Position numbers and translations under genes: made by a program. Below the pieces are notes generated by a model. That model worked only from the letters and a program-made list of their open reading frames with translations, had not been told where the DNA came from and did not search any database. A stretch of DNA of 64,000 nucleotides from a virus. Below, piece after piece: positions 19,501 through 28,700 of the stretch (position 1 is its first letter; the number at the start of each line of letters is the position of its first letter). The DNA is taken from positions 32,001 through 96,000 of the IMG/VR virus record IMGVR_UViG_3300020193_000004, one strand, 5' to 3'.

Positions 19501-20238
19501 GTACTCCGCGATCTCACGCAGACCGACACCTCGATAGTTCTTCGAGCCCTTGATGTACTCTGTCGGTATGGAGTCGACCGCGTGCTCGGCATATGACTGG
19601 AGACCGTGCTGTGCGCGCGCAGCGAGCTCGTTGTCCCTGATCAGCGCTGCCTGCTGGTGTGCATTGAAGTCGAGAAAATGGGCGCCCTTTAGACGGTCTA
19701 ACGTACGCTGCCTCCACGCGTGAAACCCGCCTGCCGTTTCTGGGTTCTCCTGTAGCGGAATCTTCCAGGTTGGTACGGACATCTTGACCGTAGCGGCTCC
19801 GCCTTCTCCAGGGCGGAGCTTAGCGGCCTGAGCGGCGTACATTGGCGCCTTCAGGTTCTTGGACGTCGTCACGTACGCCTTGTCTGCCCACTCCTTTGGG
19901 AAGTTGCCCTTGTTAATAACGCCGGCGGCGCCACCCCGGTTTGACGGCAAGAGCCCCTGTTCGCGGATCCGTGCCGCAGACTCCGCCGTAGTGCCGTGGT
20001 AGAGCGCCTGCCGTCCTGTGACCCGTGGAACCGACATCTTGGCGAGCACGCCACCACCTGCGAGCGCTCCAACTCCCGTAACGGCATCATCGGTCGTGGA
20101 GGGCTCTTGCCGGTCCGCACCCAGCTTCTGGAGCTCGTCCCCGAAGCTGGTCCAGTGGACGGTCTCTGCTGCGAGCTCGGTAATGCTCGCCTCCTTGGTC
20201 AACGGCCCCGCGAGGAGTCGATATAGACGCGCACCCAT
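16417..20238 (-). CDS. modular virion-cargo polyprotein: ADP-ribosyltransferase-like + glycine-zipper TM + GNAT-like cassettes separated by K-x-A motifs
   Basis: LYHGT...GL...AYVTT...A..YA...IPTEYI; GNAT motif A EFQGFGLGKKLY; >10 KxA/G sites; internal exact DNA repeats. Confidence 0.65.
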   Translation of the reverse strand: MGARLYRLLAGPLTKEASITELAAETVHWTSFGDELQKLGADRQEPSTTDDAVTGVGALAGGGVLAKMSVPRVTGRQALYHGTTAESAARIREQGLLPSNRGGAAGVINKGNFPKEWADKAYVTTSKNLKAPMYAAQAAKLRPGEGGAATVKMSVPTWKIPLQENPETAGGFHAWRQRTLDRLKGAHFLDFNAHQQAALIRDNELAARAQHGLQSYAEHAVDSIPTEYIKGSKNYRGVGLREIAEYARARPGRFAGGAALATGAAALGGYGVKKLWDAVHPAVPQAPPKTAGIFHAAHHLGGYGVKKLWDAVHPAVPQAPPKTAGIFHDRQNHGKKIAGWTPVERGIVGGMVGLALAKGLWGHARRAQKSSGVLSSLEKVAISEEAKQRASALNRLGFSQNSSKTAANVLSSLEGLVATPLRARIAGGLGFGLAGAGAGAALDKKNRTRGALAGGLLGGVLGAAVTPAALARTKWAEPGDTFLLGQALDNEGPGIYFKNGRKAAGPEVEEAISSASVSAGASPAYSSTEQGARRFPRVRVRQRGRHMYAEVIPDELDVVGRAAPVVVTQKARFGQSSEEFARQAHAHAARVVPERSFGVLQKTAGKSNLAEVPVGSAVLSSLEKVAISEEAKQRAIAARYDRLQRGAADALKASSPEEALRQGAAVKRLAFRTEHQIHNVLQNPGKAPTVPWVGVERPPRPVVDPVAAQRSKDLAARIPHFDAQGRARIVTPPPPAAEAATANTALAVRNTAAHADGGVGSALRSGLNRVGGFVAGNKGKILLGAGALTGGIALKAYASKQQTPIPTQRPPAPTLQVASSPWAKQGSVKLAAELPGVGDEGERPRVPGMKQPRLAAPRLNPDQGKHIPINPFRGNWQKLAGSRLRRSVQVVSKAHEYLPGLVDHTMHLNGRPIGYMETLNGRIVGTHINDEFQGFGLGKKLYGEVMRRLPNQELKSGEQVSEAAQRVWGSLGKTQGYTIDKVPGVVKTYGNRTALEAVPGREGQPLFTGKLPLAAAIKQANLYDILHYAFASPEALAATAGIAKAHLLGRYGTKIPGLKQVFRPYYEGAAHAGLVAGTRGERGLHPVSKGILSAFDPHVVGHYEQAQALGAAARERGIHGLPSVDDVRQSVGVLKAHGVQVPMGLAEHSEYAVDPTRPANRIARALTKPIEFPKLSRPVQAGAAPAATGVVKAAGAEDILRELGTHWNAIPEKVRYGALGTGAVGLGLATLKRTADQAVNPRPEGVGLGAGARTAQKVLSLGLSRSGSEPVYY
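18333..18388. repeat. 56-bp exact direct repeat, copy A (encodes VLSSLEKVAISEEAKQRA on - strand)
   Basis: Identical to 19068-19123; 15-bp partial third copy at 18997-19011. Confidence 0.9.
19068..19123. repeat. 56-bp exact direct repeat, copy B
   Basis: Identical to 18333-18388. Confidence 0.9.
19254..19441. repeat. tandem 89-bp exact duplication (period 99 bp) encoding GGYGVKKLWDAVHPAVPQAPPKTAGIFH
   Basis: 19254-19342 identical to 19353-19441. Confidence 0.9.
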
Positions 20239-20241
20239 CAG

Positions 20242-20652
20242 TCAGAGCTCCCAGACGTAGTTCGGGTCCTTCAGCTTAGCCTGTACCTCACTGACGGACA
20301 TGTCGCCGATGGCCTTGTCGAGGCCTGCGTCGGTCTTTGCAGAAGTGGCGTTCATCTTCTTGGCACGCTCGAGGACCTGCTGCATGCGTTCCTTGGGATC
20401 TGCAATCGCGGGCTTCACCGTGACCTTGATGTCGGGCGTAGGCAATGCAGCCGCGAGGCTTGAGGTTCCAGTCCTCGACCGCAGGGTGTGGCGCGCAAGG
20501 AGGCCGCCACCGGCCAGCAGGCCAACGGCACCCAGGCCTGTGGCGACTGGATGCCTCTTCCAGAACGGCCGATCGCCCTCGTGCTCCTCGTCCCCGACCT
20601 TCTCGAGAGCGAGGGCGTACACGTCGTAGACTTCTGCGGCTGTTTTGAACAT
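20242..20652 (-). CDS. small KxA-motif membrane protein (136 aa)
   Basis: MFKTA...LEKVG then Gly-rich TM; AGGAG RBS. Confidence 0.65.
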   Translation of the reverse strand: MFKTAAEVYDVYALALEKVGDEEHEGDRPFWKRHPVATGLGAVGLLAGGGLLARHTLRSRTGTSSLAAALPTPDIKVTVKPAIADPKERMQQVLERAKKMNATSAKTDAGLDKAIGDMSVSEVQAKLKDPNYVWEL

Positions 20653-20661
20653 GGAGAACTC

Positions 20662-23487
20662 CTACTTCACTGAGACGGCACGGGCATTCGAGCCCACAGC
20701 GAGCCGGTGGAGCTTCTTCTCCTCCTGCTGTACCTCGAGACCGCGCAGGAGGTGGATCATCTGCTCATCCGTGAGGCGGGCAGAGCGCCTCGCACGTGCC
20801 CCAGTCGTGGAGAACTTCGGGTCCTTGTAGCTCGACCACGCGTTCATGCCTCCCAGAACACCGCCACCCAGGAGACCAATCGCCGCGGCGCGTGGCAGGG
20901 CATCCTTCATCGGAAGGCCGCTCTTCAGGCTCTGGACGGCCGCGGTGACTACCTGCGTGTAGCCTGTGATGAGCGCACCGAGTGCTCCGACCGCCAACGT
21001 CTGCTTCAGGATCTCCCTCTTGCGCTCGTCATCGGTCTTGGCCTTCGACACCAGGCCGTCTCCGCTCCCGGGCTTCGCTGCCTCCCGGTAGTAGGCTCGC
21101 AATGCCTCGACGTACTCCTGCTCACGCTCCTGCAGCTCCTTGGGGAGCACCACCTTGGTGGGGTCCACCGCCTCCTCGAGGTGAGGGGCGAACTCCTTCA
21201 TGTAGGCCTCCATGATCGGCCTGTCGGACTTCACCAGGCGGTAAGGCTGCATGGGGAGGCGCTGCGCTGCAAGGCGGCGCTCCTTCGTCTTCTGGTCCGC
21301 TGCGGTCTTGATCGCCGCCGCCTCTGGGAGGGACCCGCGGTAGGACCACGGGCGCTCCTCCCTCAGCATCTGCGCCTTGATCTCTGGAGTGAGACCCTCC
21401 CAGGGCATCCGCTGTGAGGTCCTCAGCATCCCATTGTGCTCGTACTGGTGCGACCAAGGCGCCTGCTCCACCTTCCACCCGTGGCCGCCCTTCCCCAGGG
21501 AGTTCCAAAGACGAGTGGCCTCCGGAGAGACTTGTCCGTCGCTCTTCAGGGACGCGCCAGGCATACGACGCGCAACCTCCCCGTAGAACTTCCTTCCGAG
21601 CCCGAGGTTCCGGAACTCCTTCTCGATCTCGGTACCCATGATCTGCCCATCACGGGTCACCATCCGCCCAGCGGGCTTCCCACCGACCAGGAGCGTCCAG
21701 TGTGTCCGATCTGGATGCACCGAGCTTACTTCAGAGACCACCCGAGTCATTGCACGTAGACGACTCCCTGCCATCTTGGTGGCGCCACCCCCGGCGCGAG
21801 CCGCGAGGCCGTCCTCGAGGAGGTCCAGCATGTCCTCGACGGTGTCGCAGGGAGCCTCGGCGGTCTTGTCGAGGTTGCCGCGCAGCTGCTTGTTGCGCTC
21901 GTCCTTGTTCCACGCCACCTCGTAGGCCCACTCGTCCGGCGAGCGCTCACGCTTCAGCGGGTTGTAGAAGACGGGCTGGCCCTCGAGGACGCGACTGAGC
22001 ATGCCGGACGGCGCGATCAGGTTCATCGTGTCCTTCGCGACCTGCGTCTTCGAGAGAGGGACGCGCGTGACGTAGCGACGGATGAGGACGTGCCGCTGGT
22101 CCTCGGGACGGTGCGCCTGCCCGCCGGCGCGCACGCCGCGGGCCTCGGCCTGGTGGATCTTCTCGGGGTTGAAGTGCCCGTCGACGTTGGCGACGAAGGT
22201 GGTGTTGCCCAGGTTCAGTCCCTCGCCGCCAGCGGAGGAGAGGAGGATGACCTTCTTCGTCCCCGCCTGGTAGTCGGCGACCGCCTGTGAGCGGCTCTGC
22301 TCGGTGGAGCCCGCCTGCCCCTTGCCCATGAAGATGCCGTGCGCGATGCCGCGGTCCTTCAGGCCTTGGCTGAGGACGTCGACCCCACCCTGGATCATGT
22401 TCGAGTAGATGATGACCTGCCCGTCCGGCGTCTCCTTCAGGTGCGTCTCCACGTCGTCCAGCACCCGCTTGATCTTGGGGGAGCGCTGCGCGGACTCCGC
22501 GAGCGTCACCGACTTGTTGACGGTGTGGATGGCGTTCGAGACCTGGCGCGCCTGGGTCATCTTGTTGAAGATGTTGTTGATATCGTTAGTCTTGAGCTTC
22601 GACGAGCCGAAGCGGAACTTCAGTGCCGTCACCGGGTCCATCTTCCCGACGACGTACTGGTAGAGCTCCTGCTGCTCGGGGGTCATGTCGACCTTGACCG
22701 TCTCCACGGTCTTCTTCGGCATCGCGCCGCCACCGGTCGAGGCGTCGACGTGGTGGATGTAGGGGTTCAGCAGCAGGCGCACGACGGGGGTGTTCTGGAG
22801 CTTCCCGTCCTCGGTCATGAACCGCCGCTCGAAGTTCTCCTTCGTACCGAGGTGGTGCTGCCCGTCCGTCATCGCGTCGACGAGCGGGACCAGGTCCGCC
22901 GGCGTGTTGCTCACGATCGAGCCCGTCAGCCCGATGAAGTTGCGGTGATGCTTCCGCGCCTCGCGGAGCGCCTTACCGGTGATCCCGATGTTCTTGATCT
23001 TGTGGAGCTCGTCGTAGATGACGGTGTCCGCCCCCGAGGACTTGATGTACTTCTCGGGGTTGGTGCGGAAGAGGTCGTAGCTGACGACGTGGTAGCGCGC
23101 AGACGGGTCCGGGTCGTCTACATGACGGCCCGTGCCGTTGGCGACCTCCTCGGCGTTGCCGAACACCGCGGCCTTGTCCTTCGTGAACTTGTGCACGCCC
23201 TCGTTGGTGAAGTTCTTCCGCAGGGAGGCCGGGGTCACGATGAGCGCGCGGTCGGCCATCCCGTTCTGGCGGAGACGATCGAACGCCGCGATCGCGGTGA
23301 CGGTCTTCCCGGAACCGACGGGGTGGCTCAGGATGAGGTTGCCGTTCTGCCGCACGGCCTTCTGGACGGCGTCCTCCTGGTGCGGACGGAGCTCAACGCC
23401 AGCCTGCAGGGCCGAGCCCACAGCGGCCGCGAGCTTCTGCCCCAGGTTGACGAAGATGTGGAAGCCCTGCCGCTCTCGCATGGACAT
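20662..23487 (-). CDS. SNF2/SWI2-family helicase fused to KxA-bounded GNAT-like and TM cassettes
   Basis: LRPHQ, HPVGSGKT, YDELH, LTGS, AGGEGLNL, QAEARGVR; C-terminal cassettes after LDKTA / TKMA / IKTA. Confidence 0.85.
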   Translation of the reverse strand: MSMRERQGFHIFVNLGQKLAAAVGSALQAGVELRPHQEDAVQKAVRQNGNLILSHPVGSGKTVTAIAAFDRLRQNGMADRALIVTPASLRKNFTNEGVHKFTKDKAAVFGNAEEVANGTGRHVDDPDPSARYHVVSYDLFRTNPEKYIKSSGADTVIYDELHKIKNIGITGKALREARKHHRNFIGLTGSIVSNTPADLVPLVDAMTDGQHHLGTKENFERRFMTEDGKLQNTPVVRLLLNPYIHHVDASTGGGAMPKKTVETVKVDMTPEQQELYQYVVGKMDPVTALKFRFGSSKLKTNDINNIFNKMTQARQVSNAIHTVNKSVTLAESAQRSPKIKRVLDDVETHLKETPDGQVIIYSNMIQGGVDVLSQGLKDRGIAHGIFMGKGQAGSTEQSRSQAVADYQAGTKKVILLSSAGGEGLNLGNTTFVANVDGHFNPEKIHQAEARGVRAGGQAHRPEDQRHVLIRRYVTRVPLSKTQVAKDTMNLIAPSGMLSRVLEGQPVFYNPLKRERSPDEWAYEVAWNKDERNKQLRGNLDKTAEAPCDTVEDMLDLLEDGLAARAGGGATKMAGSRLRAMTRVVSEVSSVHPDRTHWTLLVGGKPAGRMVTRDGQIMGTEIEKEFRNLGLGRKFYGEVARRMPGASLKSDGQVSPEATRLWNSLGKGGHGWKVEQAPWSHQYEHNGMLRTSQRMPWEGLTPEIKAQMLREERPWSYRGSLPEAAAIKTAADQKTKERRLAAQRLPMQPYRLVKSDRPIMEAYMKEFAPHLEEAVDPTKVVLPKELQEREQEYVEALRAYYREAAKPGSGDGLVSKAKTDDERKREILKQTLAVGALGALITGYTQVVTAAVQSLKSGLPMKDALPRAAAIGLLGGGVLGGMNAWSSYKDPKFSTTGARARRSARLTDEQMIHLLRGLEVQQEEKKLHRLAVGSNARAVSVK

Positions 23488-23499
23488 CCGGTGCTTCCC

Positions 23500-24201
23500 C
23501 TACAGACCGCTGATCAGGCCAACGACCCTGGTGGCGATCGGGAGCATCCGCTCGTACTGGATCCCGACACCTTCCTGCAGGACCGTGCCCATGGCGTCGG
23601 TCGAGAGGGAGTGGTTGGGGACGTAGCAGGCCTCGAAGTAGTAGGCGCACATCGTGTCCTCGTTACTGTCCTTCAGCATGAGGAGGATGCCAATCGGCTG
23701 CTTGAAGAGGTCGCTGGCCAGATTGAGGTAGATGTTCTCGTAGCCGGGAGGGATGACGACGTCGTGCGGGTTGGCCACCGTCGAGGCCCCGATGTTCGGG
23801 AACACGGCGGGGACGACCGTGGGCGGGACCAGGTCCTGGTAGTAGGCGTAGAGCGTCCGGAGCAGCGAGGGCCCGTGGTACATGATACGGGACAGCGAGA
23901 GGCTGCCCATCACGCGGCCAGGGATGAAGTAGCTGCGCTCGGACCCGATCTCGAAGAACCGGGCCAGCTGCATGTTGTTGCCGAGCTGGAAGCTCTGGAC
24001 CACGCCCACCGGGTAGGCGATCTGGTCGCTACTGCTGCTGCCCGCCGAGAGCGCGGCCGCGAGGAACGAAGGGCCGCCGATGTTCGCCAGACGTGGGGGA
24101 CCGGCCGCGATCAGGGTGAAGGCCGCGTTCAGAAAGCGACCGTCGACCATGCCCCCCTGTACGTACTGATCGTACGGGCTCCATTCGGAAAGCGTTGCCA
24201 T
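23500..24201 (-). CDS. putative tail tube protein
   Basis: Downstream of sheath; VGVVQSF...RFFEIGSERSYFIPG...SLSRI...YFEAC..., QEGVGIQYER tube-like pattern. Confidence 0.7.
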   Translation of the reverse strand: MATLSEWSPYDQYVQGGMVDGRFLNAAFTLIAAGPPRLANIGGPSFLAAALSAGSSSSDQIAYPVGVVQSFQLGNNMQLARFFEIGSERSYFIPGRVMGSLSLSRIMYHGPSLLRTLYAYYQDLVPPTVVPAVFPNIGASTVANPHDVVIPPGYENIYLNLASDLFKQPIGILLMLKDSNEDTMCAYYFEACYVPNHSLSTDAMGTVLQEGVGIQYERMLPIATRVVGLISGL

Positions 24202-24243
24202 CAGGTACTCCGCAGGGAGAGGAGGTGTGCGTGGTGAAAGAGT

Positions 24244-24270
24244 GGTGGCCCCGGTCTAACCGGGGCCACC
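24244..24270. terminator. GC-rich hairpin (weak terminator or mRNA stabiliser)
   Basis: GGTGGCCCCGGT-CTA-ACCGGGGCCACC; only a short U run on - strand. Confidence 0.55.
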
Positions 24271-24279
24271 TACAGCCGA

Positions 24280-25710
24280 CTACCGGGCGGCGCGGACGCG
24301 GTACCAGTCGATGCTCATGACCTCGGCCTCGGCCCCGGCGTCGCGCTGGATGCAGAAGATGGGCTGGAGCATGTTGGAGTTGGTCAGGGCGCCGGCGTCG
24401 AGCGTCTGGGTGATCAGCACGCCGTTGACGTAGAACTTGACCGCGTTGAGGTCGGACGCGTCGATGCGGAACACCGTGTAGGTGTTGTCGACGATGTCCA
24501 GCGTGCTGTCGTTGTCGTCGTCGTCGAGGGTACCGTCGTCGGACTCGATGAGGATGTTCAGGTTCGCGCCTTCGACCCGGAACCAGAGGTTCGAGACGAC
24601 GGCGTCGAGCCCGTCCTCGGCGTTGGTGTGTGCGGAGCAGAGCCCCACGACCGCGCGCTGGTCGGCGGAGAAGGTGGCGCCGTCGAAGTTGATCTTGAGG
24701 CGGGCCTCGAAGATCGGGTTCTTCGTGGGGTCGAAGACCAGCTGGTCGCCGAAGGTGAGCTGTCCGGCTTGGGCTTCCGAGGTGCCGTCGTGGGTGAGGG
24801 CCCAGACGCCGCCGGCGACATCGGCCACGAAGTCGCCGGCGATGTTGGCGGTCTGCAGGTCCTTGGCGAGGGGTGCCGGCAAGGTGCCGGCGGCGTCGAG
24901 CTCAAAGTCGTACGACTTGCAGAAGAAGCTCCCGCCGATGGCGCCCCAGGGCTCGCTGTCGGCGACGAGGGCGGTCTCGTAGGCGAGTACGTCGTCCACC
25001 CACAGGCGGAGCATGTAGACCTTGCCCGAGGCGAGCGCGGTCGCATCGAAGTCGAAGGTGATCGCCGTGTCGGTGTAGATGGTGATGCCGGTCTTCGAGA
25101 CGGAGCCGTCGACCGCGACGGTGTCGATCTGGAGCACGGGGAGGCTCCCCGTACCGCCGTCGACCGTCACGGTCTCGTCGGCGTCGATGTCGCCGGCGGT
25201 GCCCACGGTTGCCTGGACCATGAACTTCGCCACCGCATCGGCGTTGATCGCCGCGACGATCTCGGCCGCTGTCGAGGCCCCGCCCGCACCGCCACCGTCG
25301 GAGCCGTGCACGATCTCGATCGTACCGGCCGCGGCGTCCGCGGTGATTGCGAGGGCCGCGTTGGTGTCCTCGATGGTGACCGTGATGGTCTGCTCGCCGG
25401 GGACCACCGCGGTGAAGGTCACCTGGCCGGTGCTGTCTGCCTGGGTCCCGGTCGACTTCGTCGCGCTGTCGATGAGGTTGGTCCCGGTGATGACCAGGTC
25501 CTGGTGCTGGATGAGGGCAAGCCACCCGATCTCCCGGCTGAGCGACTGGACCGCCGGGTAGTAGGAGTCGGACCGCGCCTCGATGATCTTGAGCGCGTCG
25601 AAGATGGCGTTATCGCGCTCGTCCAGCACGCGGTGCCTGCGGAGGGTGAGCTGCTCCTTCACGCGCTCGTAGTTGGTGACGCTCGAGAAGGCCTTGGAGT
25701 CGGTCGACAT
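24280..25710 (-). CDS. tail-associated structural protein with C-terminal lectin/ConA-like beta domain
   Basis: Between sheath and tube; shares TAAEIVAAIN module with sheath; YTVFRID...FYVNG...IDWYRV ending. Confidence 0.55.
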   Translation of the reverse strand: MSTDSKAFSSVTNYERVKEQLTLRRHRVLDERDNAIFDALKIIEARSDSYYPAVQSLSREIGWLALIQHQDLVITGTNLIDSATKSTGTQADSTGQVTFTAVVPGEQTITVTIEDTNAALAITADAAAGTIEIVHGSDGGGAGGASTAAEIVAAINADAVAKFMVQATVGTAGDIDADETVTVDGGTGSLPVLQIDTVAVDGSVSKTGITIYTDTAITFDFDATALASGKVYMLRLWVDDVLAYETALVADSEPWGAIGGSFFCKSYDFELDAAGTLPAPLAKDLQTANIAGDFVADVAGGVWALTHDGTSEAQAGQLTFGDQLVFDPTKNPIFEARLKINFDGATFSADQRAVVGLCSAHTNAEDGLDAVVSNLWFRVEGANLNILIESDDGTLDDDDNDSTLDIVDNTYTVFRIDASDLNAVKFYVNGVLITQTLDAGALTNSNMLQPIFCIQRDAGAEAEVMSIDWYRVRAAR

Positions 25711-25747
25711 GGGAGGATTCTCCGCAGATTGAGGCAGTTGAAGTGTA

Positions 25748-28700
25748 TCAAGAGACGATGGTGATCTTGATCTTGTTGCAGGGGTAGACCGGCTCGACCG
25801 AGACATCAATGAGGACGGTGTCGGGCGCGTCGGTATCCTGCAGCAGCTTCGTGAGCTCGGCCTTGCGGACCACGCCGAGCAGCTCCGCGTAGTCCAGGAA
25901 GCCCTCGTTGCAGAGGGTCAGCTGGTCGAGGAAGCCGCTAGTGATGACGGACCGCCCGATGAACACGCGGTTCGTCGCCCGCAGGCCCTTCGCGAGCCAG
26001 TCGATCGCCTTCGTGATCGACAGCTCCTTGGTCTGGATGCTGGTCGGGTCGGTCGACAGCTGCTTCCGCGCGACCGGCACACCGCCCAGGTTGACCATCA
26101 CGTAGCGGCCGGCGTCGGCGATGGTGTCGAGCTGCTTCCCATTGTAGGTGTCGTCGGTCCCATACACCCGGGTGAAGCCCGCGACCGGGAAGTTCGTGAA
26201 CGGCTGCTGCGGGGGCTGCTCCGCCACCATACCGGCGATGGCCGCCGCCAGGTAGAAGCCCTCCACGTTCTGGGTCACGCCGTCGATGCTCGTGTCGACC
26301 GAGTCGCACGCCAGGTAGTAAACCCGGCGGTGCGCGAAAGCCGCGGCCTGCGACGCCGCGGCAGACGCCTCGGCGGCCAGGTCGGGGATCGTGGTCCCGG
26401 TCACGTAGAGCCTGTCGCCGCGGATCTTGAGCGTCCAGTCCGCGGCGGACAGCTCCTCGTCAAGGGTCTCGGTCGTGAAGAACCCGTCCGTGTTCTCGCC
26501 GTCCGCGAAGGTCACGCGCAGCGCGATGACCACGCCGTTGACCTCCTGCACGGAGTAGCGGCGGAGCTCCGAGACGCCCAGGGTCGTTACGACCAGCTCG
26601 AGGTAGAGGTTGTCGTCGACCGAGATCTCGTCCGAGGGGTCGATGCCGTTCTCGATGAGGTCCGACGCCGGGTTCACGTCGAGCGTGAACGAGTTCTCGG
26701 TCCCGTTGCTCTCCCCGTTCTCGCCGCTGGCCACGGTGACGGTGACCGCACGGTCCGGCAGCGCCGCCCAGATGAAGAGAATGCGCTCGCCGCGCTCCTC
26801 GGGGGCGCTCATCGCCTGGACGTGCGTGGACAGCAGCCCCTGCACGTACTCGTCGGCGGTGAGCGGCGCGATGGCGTAGACCTCCTTGCTCTCGATGTAC
26901 TCGATCGCGCGGCTCCATCCGTCCAGTGTCCCGTAGGGCGCGGCCGCACTCTCCTCGTCGATGCCGAGGGCGCTGATGGTTTGCGTCGGGCTGTTGGCGA
27001 GGGCCAGGAAGACGCCCAGGCACAGCGGGTTGTTGATGCTGATCGGTCCGATGGACGCCTCGAGGATCTCGGTACTCTCGAATGTCAGGAGCGCCGGGTC
27101 CTCCGCCGAGGCCGTCACGTCCTTCCGCAGCGCCGTGTACGGGATGTACACGTCGGCGAGGGCCGAGGCGAGCGAGAATGGGATGCCAGAGCTCCGGTTG
27201 CGCAGGATGTTGGGGCCGATGTGTACCGCACCGTCCCCGTCCAGGTAGAAGTCGGGGTCCGGGCGCCCTGCTCCCTCGTCGGTGCCGGTGATGCCGAAGA
27301 CCGTGTCCGCGGTAGAGGTGGAGTCGATCGCCACCTTCGACGCGGCGCCTGCGAGCAGGCTGGTCAGGACCAGCTTGCGGGTGTCCTCGGAAGCCACGTC
27401 TTCCGCACCATCGACGAGCTCGTTGATATCGTCGATGGCGGCCTGCAGCGAGTTCGTCGCGAACGTGATCTCGTAGTCGTACGGGTTGTCATCGAGGTTG
27501 AAGATCAGGATGGTGCTCTTGAGAGCGTCGGCGCCGCCGTCGTCCGCGTTGGTCCCGTTGGCTGCGCCCGCGTCGTTGTACGCCGCGGGGTCGACGTCGA
27601 AGCCCATCGCTGTGAAGCCGGCCTGCAGTGCGGCCGCCTCCAGCTCCATCACGACCCCACCGTCGATGGTGCGCACGGACACGACGTCGTTGTCGGCGCT
27701 GAACCACTCTACGAGACGCTTCGCTGCGGCGGTGATGCCGTTGAAGTTCGCCGCCGCGTTGAGCAGCTCGGTGAGCTCCTCAGCATCTGCCGAGCCGGCC
27801 ATCGCGTAGGTAGCCGTGCCTGTAATGGTGGTAGTGGTGCCGCCACCGTCGTCCGACCAGGTGAAGACGATGTCTGCGGGGGTGATACCACTGGGAGTAC
27901 CACCGAGCCACGTGGCCACGGCCTGCGCGTCGGACGCGCCGGAATCAAAGAGAACGTCGCGCAAGTTGGTACCGCCAGTACGGTCCGCGATCGTGATCGA
28001 CGCCGCGCCCGTGACCGTGATCTCGAACTGCTCGTCATCGAAATCGAAGATCACGGAGACAAGGCCCGACGCGGCACCGGCGCCGACCATCGCGGCCTCG
28101 AGCTGCGTCTCGAGGTCGGCGGCGAGCTCGTTCAGCGTCAGGCCCGTCCCGGTCGATAGCGAGATCACCACGGCGGCGGGGTTGCCGCCGGCGACGCCGG
28201 TCGTGGAGAAGTCGAAGCCGGAAGTGGCTCCCACGGTGAGGATGCCACCGAGGCCGCTGAAGTCCGTGACGCCGCCGACAGAGTCGAGCTGCGCGGGAGC
28301 GTCGCCAGTATCGTCGTGGAACCCGAGGAATCGGAACCCGTCGGTCTCGTCCACAGCGGTGATGGCGAGCGTCACGCTCGCGCCACCCTCGATCGTGGTG
28401 ATGGTGATCGTGCCGGTCGTGTCCGCCCCGCCGGAGTTCGTCATCGTCGCGATGGGGATGCCGCCGTCGTAGATGGTCGGGTCGAGGGTTCCATCGGTGG
28501 AGCCGAAGGCCTCGCAGAGCTTATCGGTCAGTGCCGCGAGCGTCCCCGCGTCCGTCGCCAGCGACACCGCCGCCGTGGTGACGGTGTGGGTGCCCTTCGA
28601 GTCCTCGATGGTGAGCTCGTAGACCTTCGTGGTCAGGTCGACCATGGGCAGGGCGAAGAAGTCGCTCGTGAGCGCTGCCTGGGTCGCGAACTCGACGTCC

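Noticed and set aside
16417-20238. Tape measure protein (long Ala/Gly-rich ORF downstream of tail tube)
   Set aside because: No continuous helical repeat; contains enzyme-like cassettes, Pro-rich linkers and KxA junctions. Not fully excluded, since no other tape measure is visible in the window.
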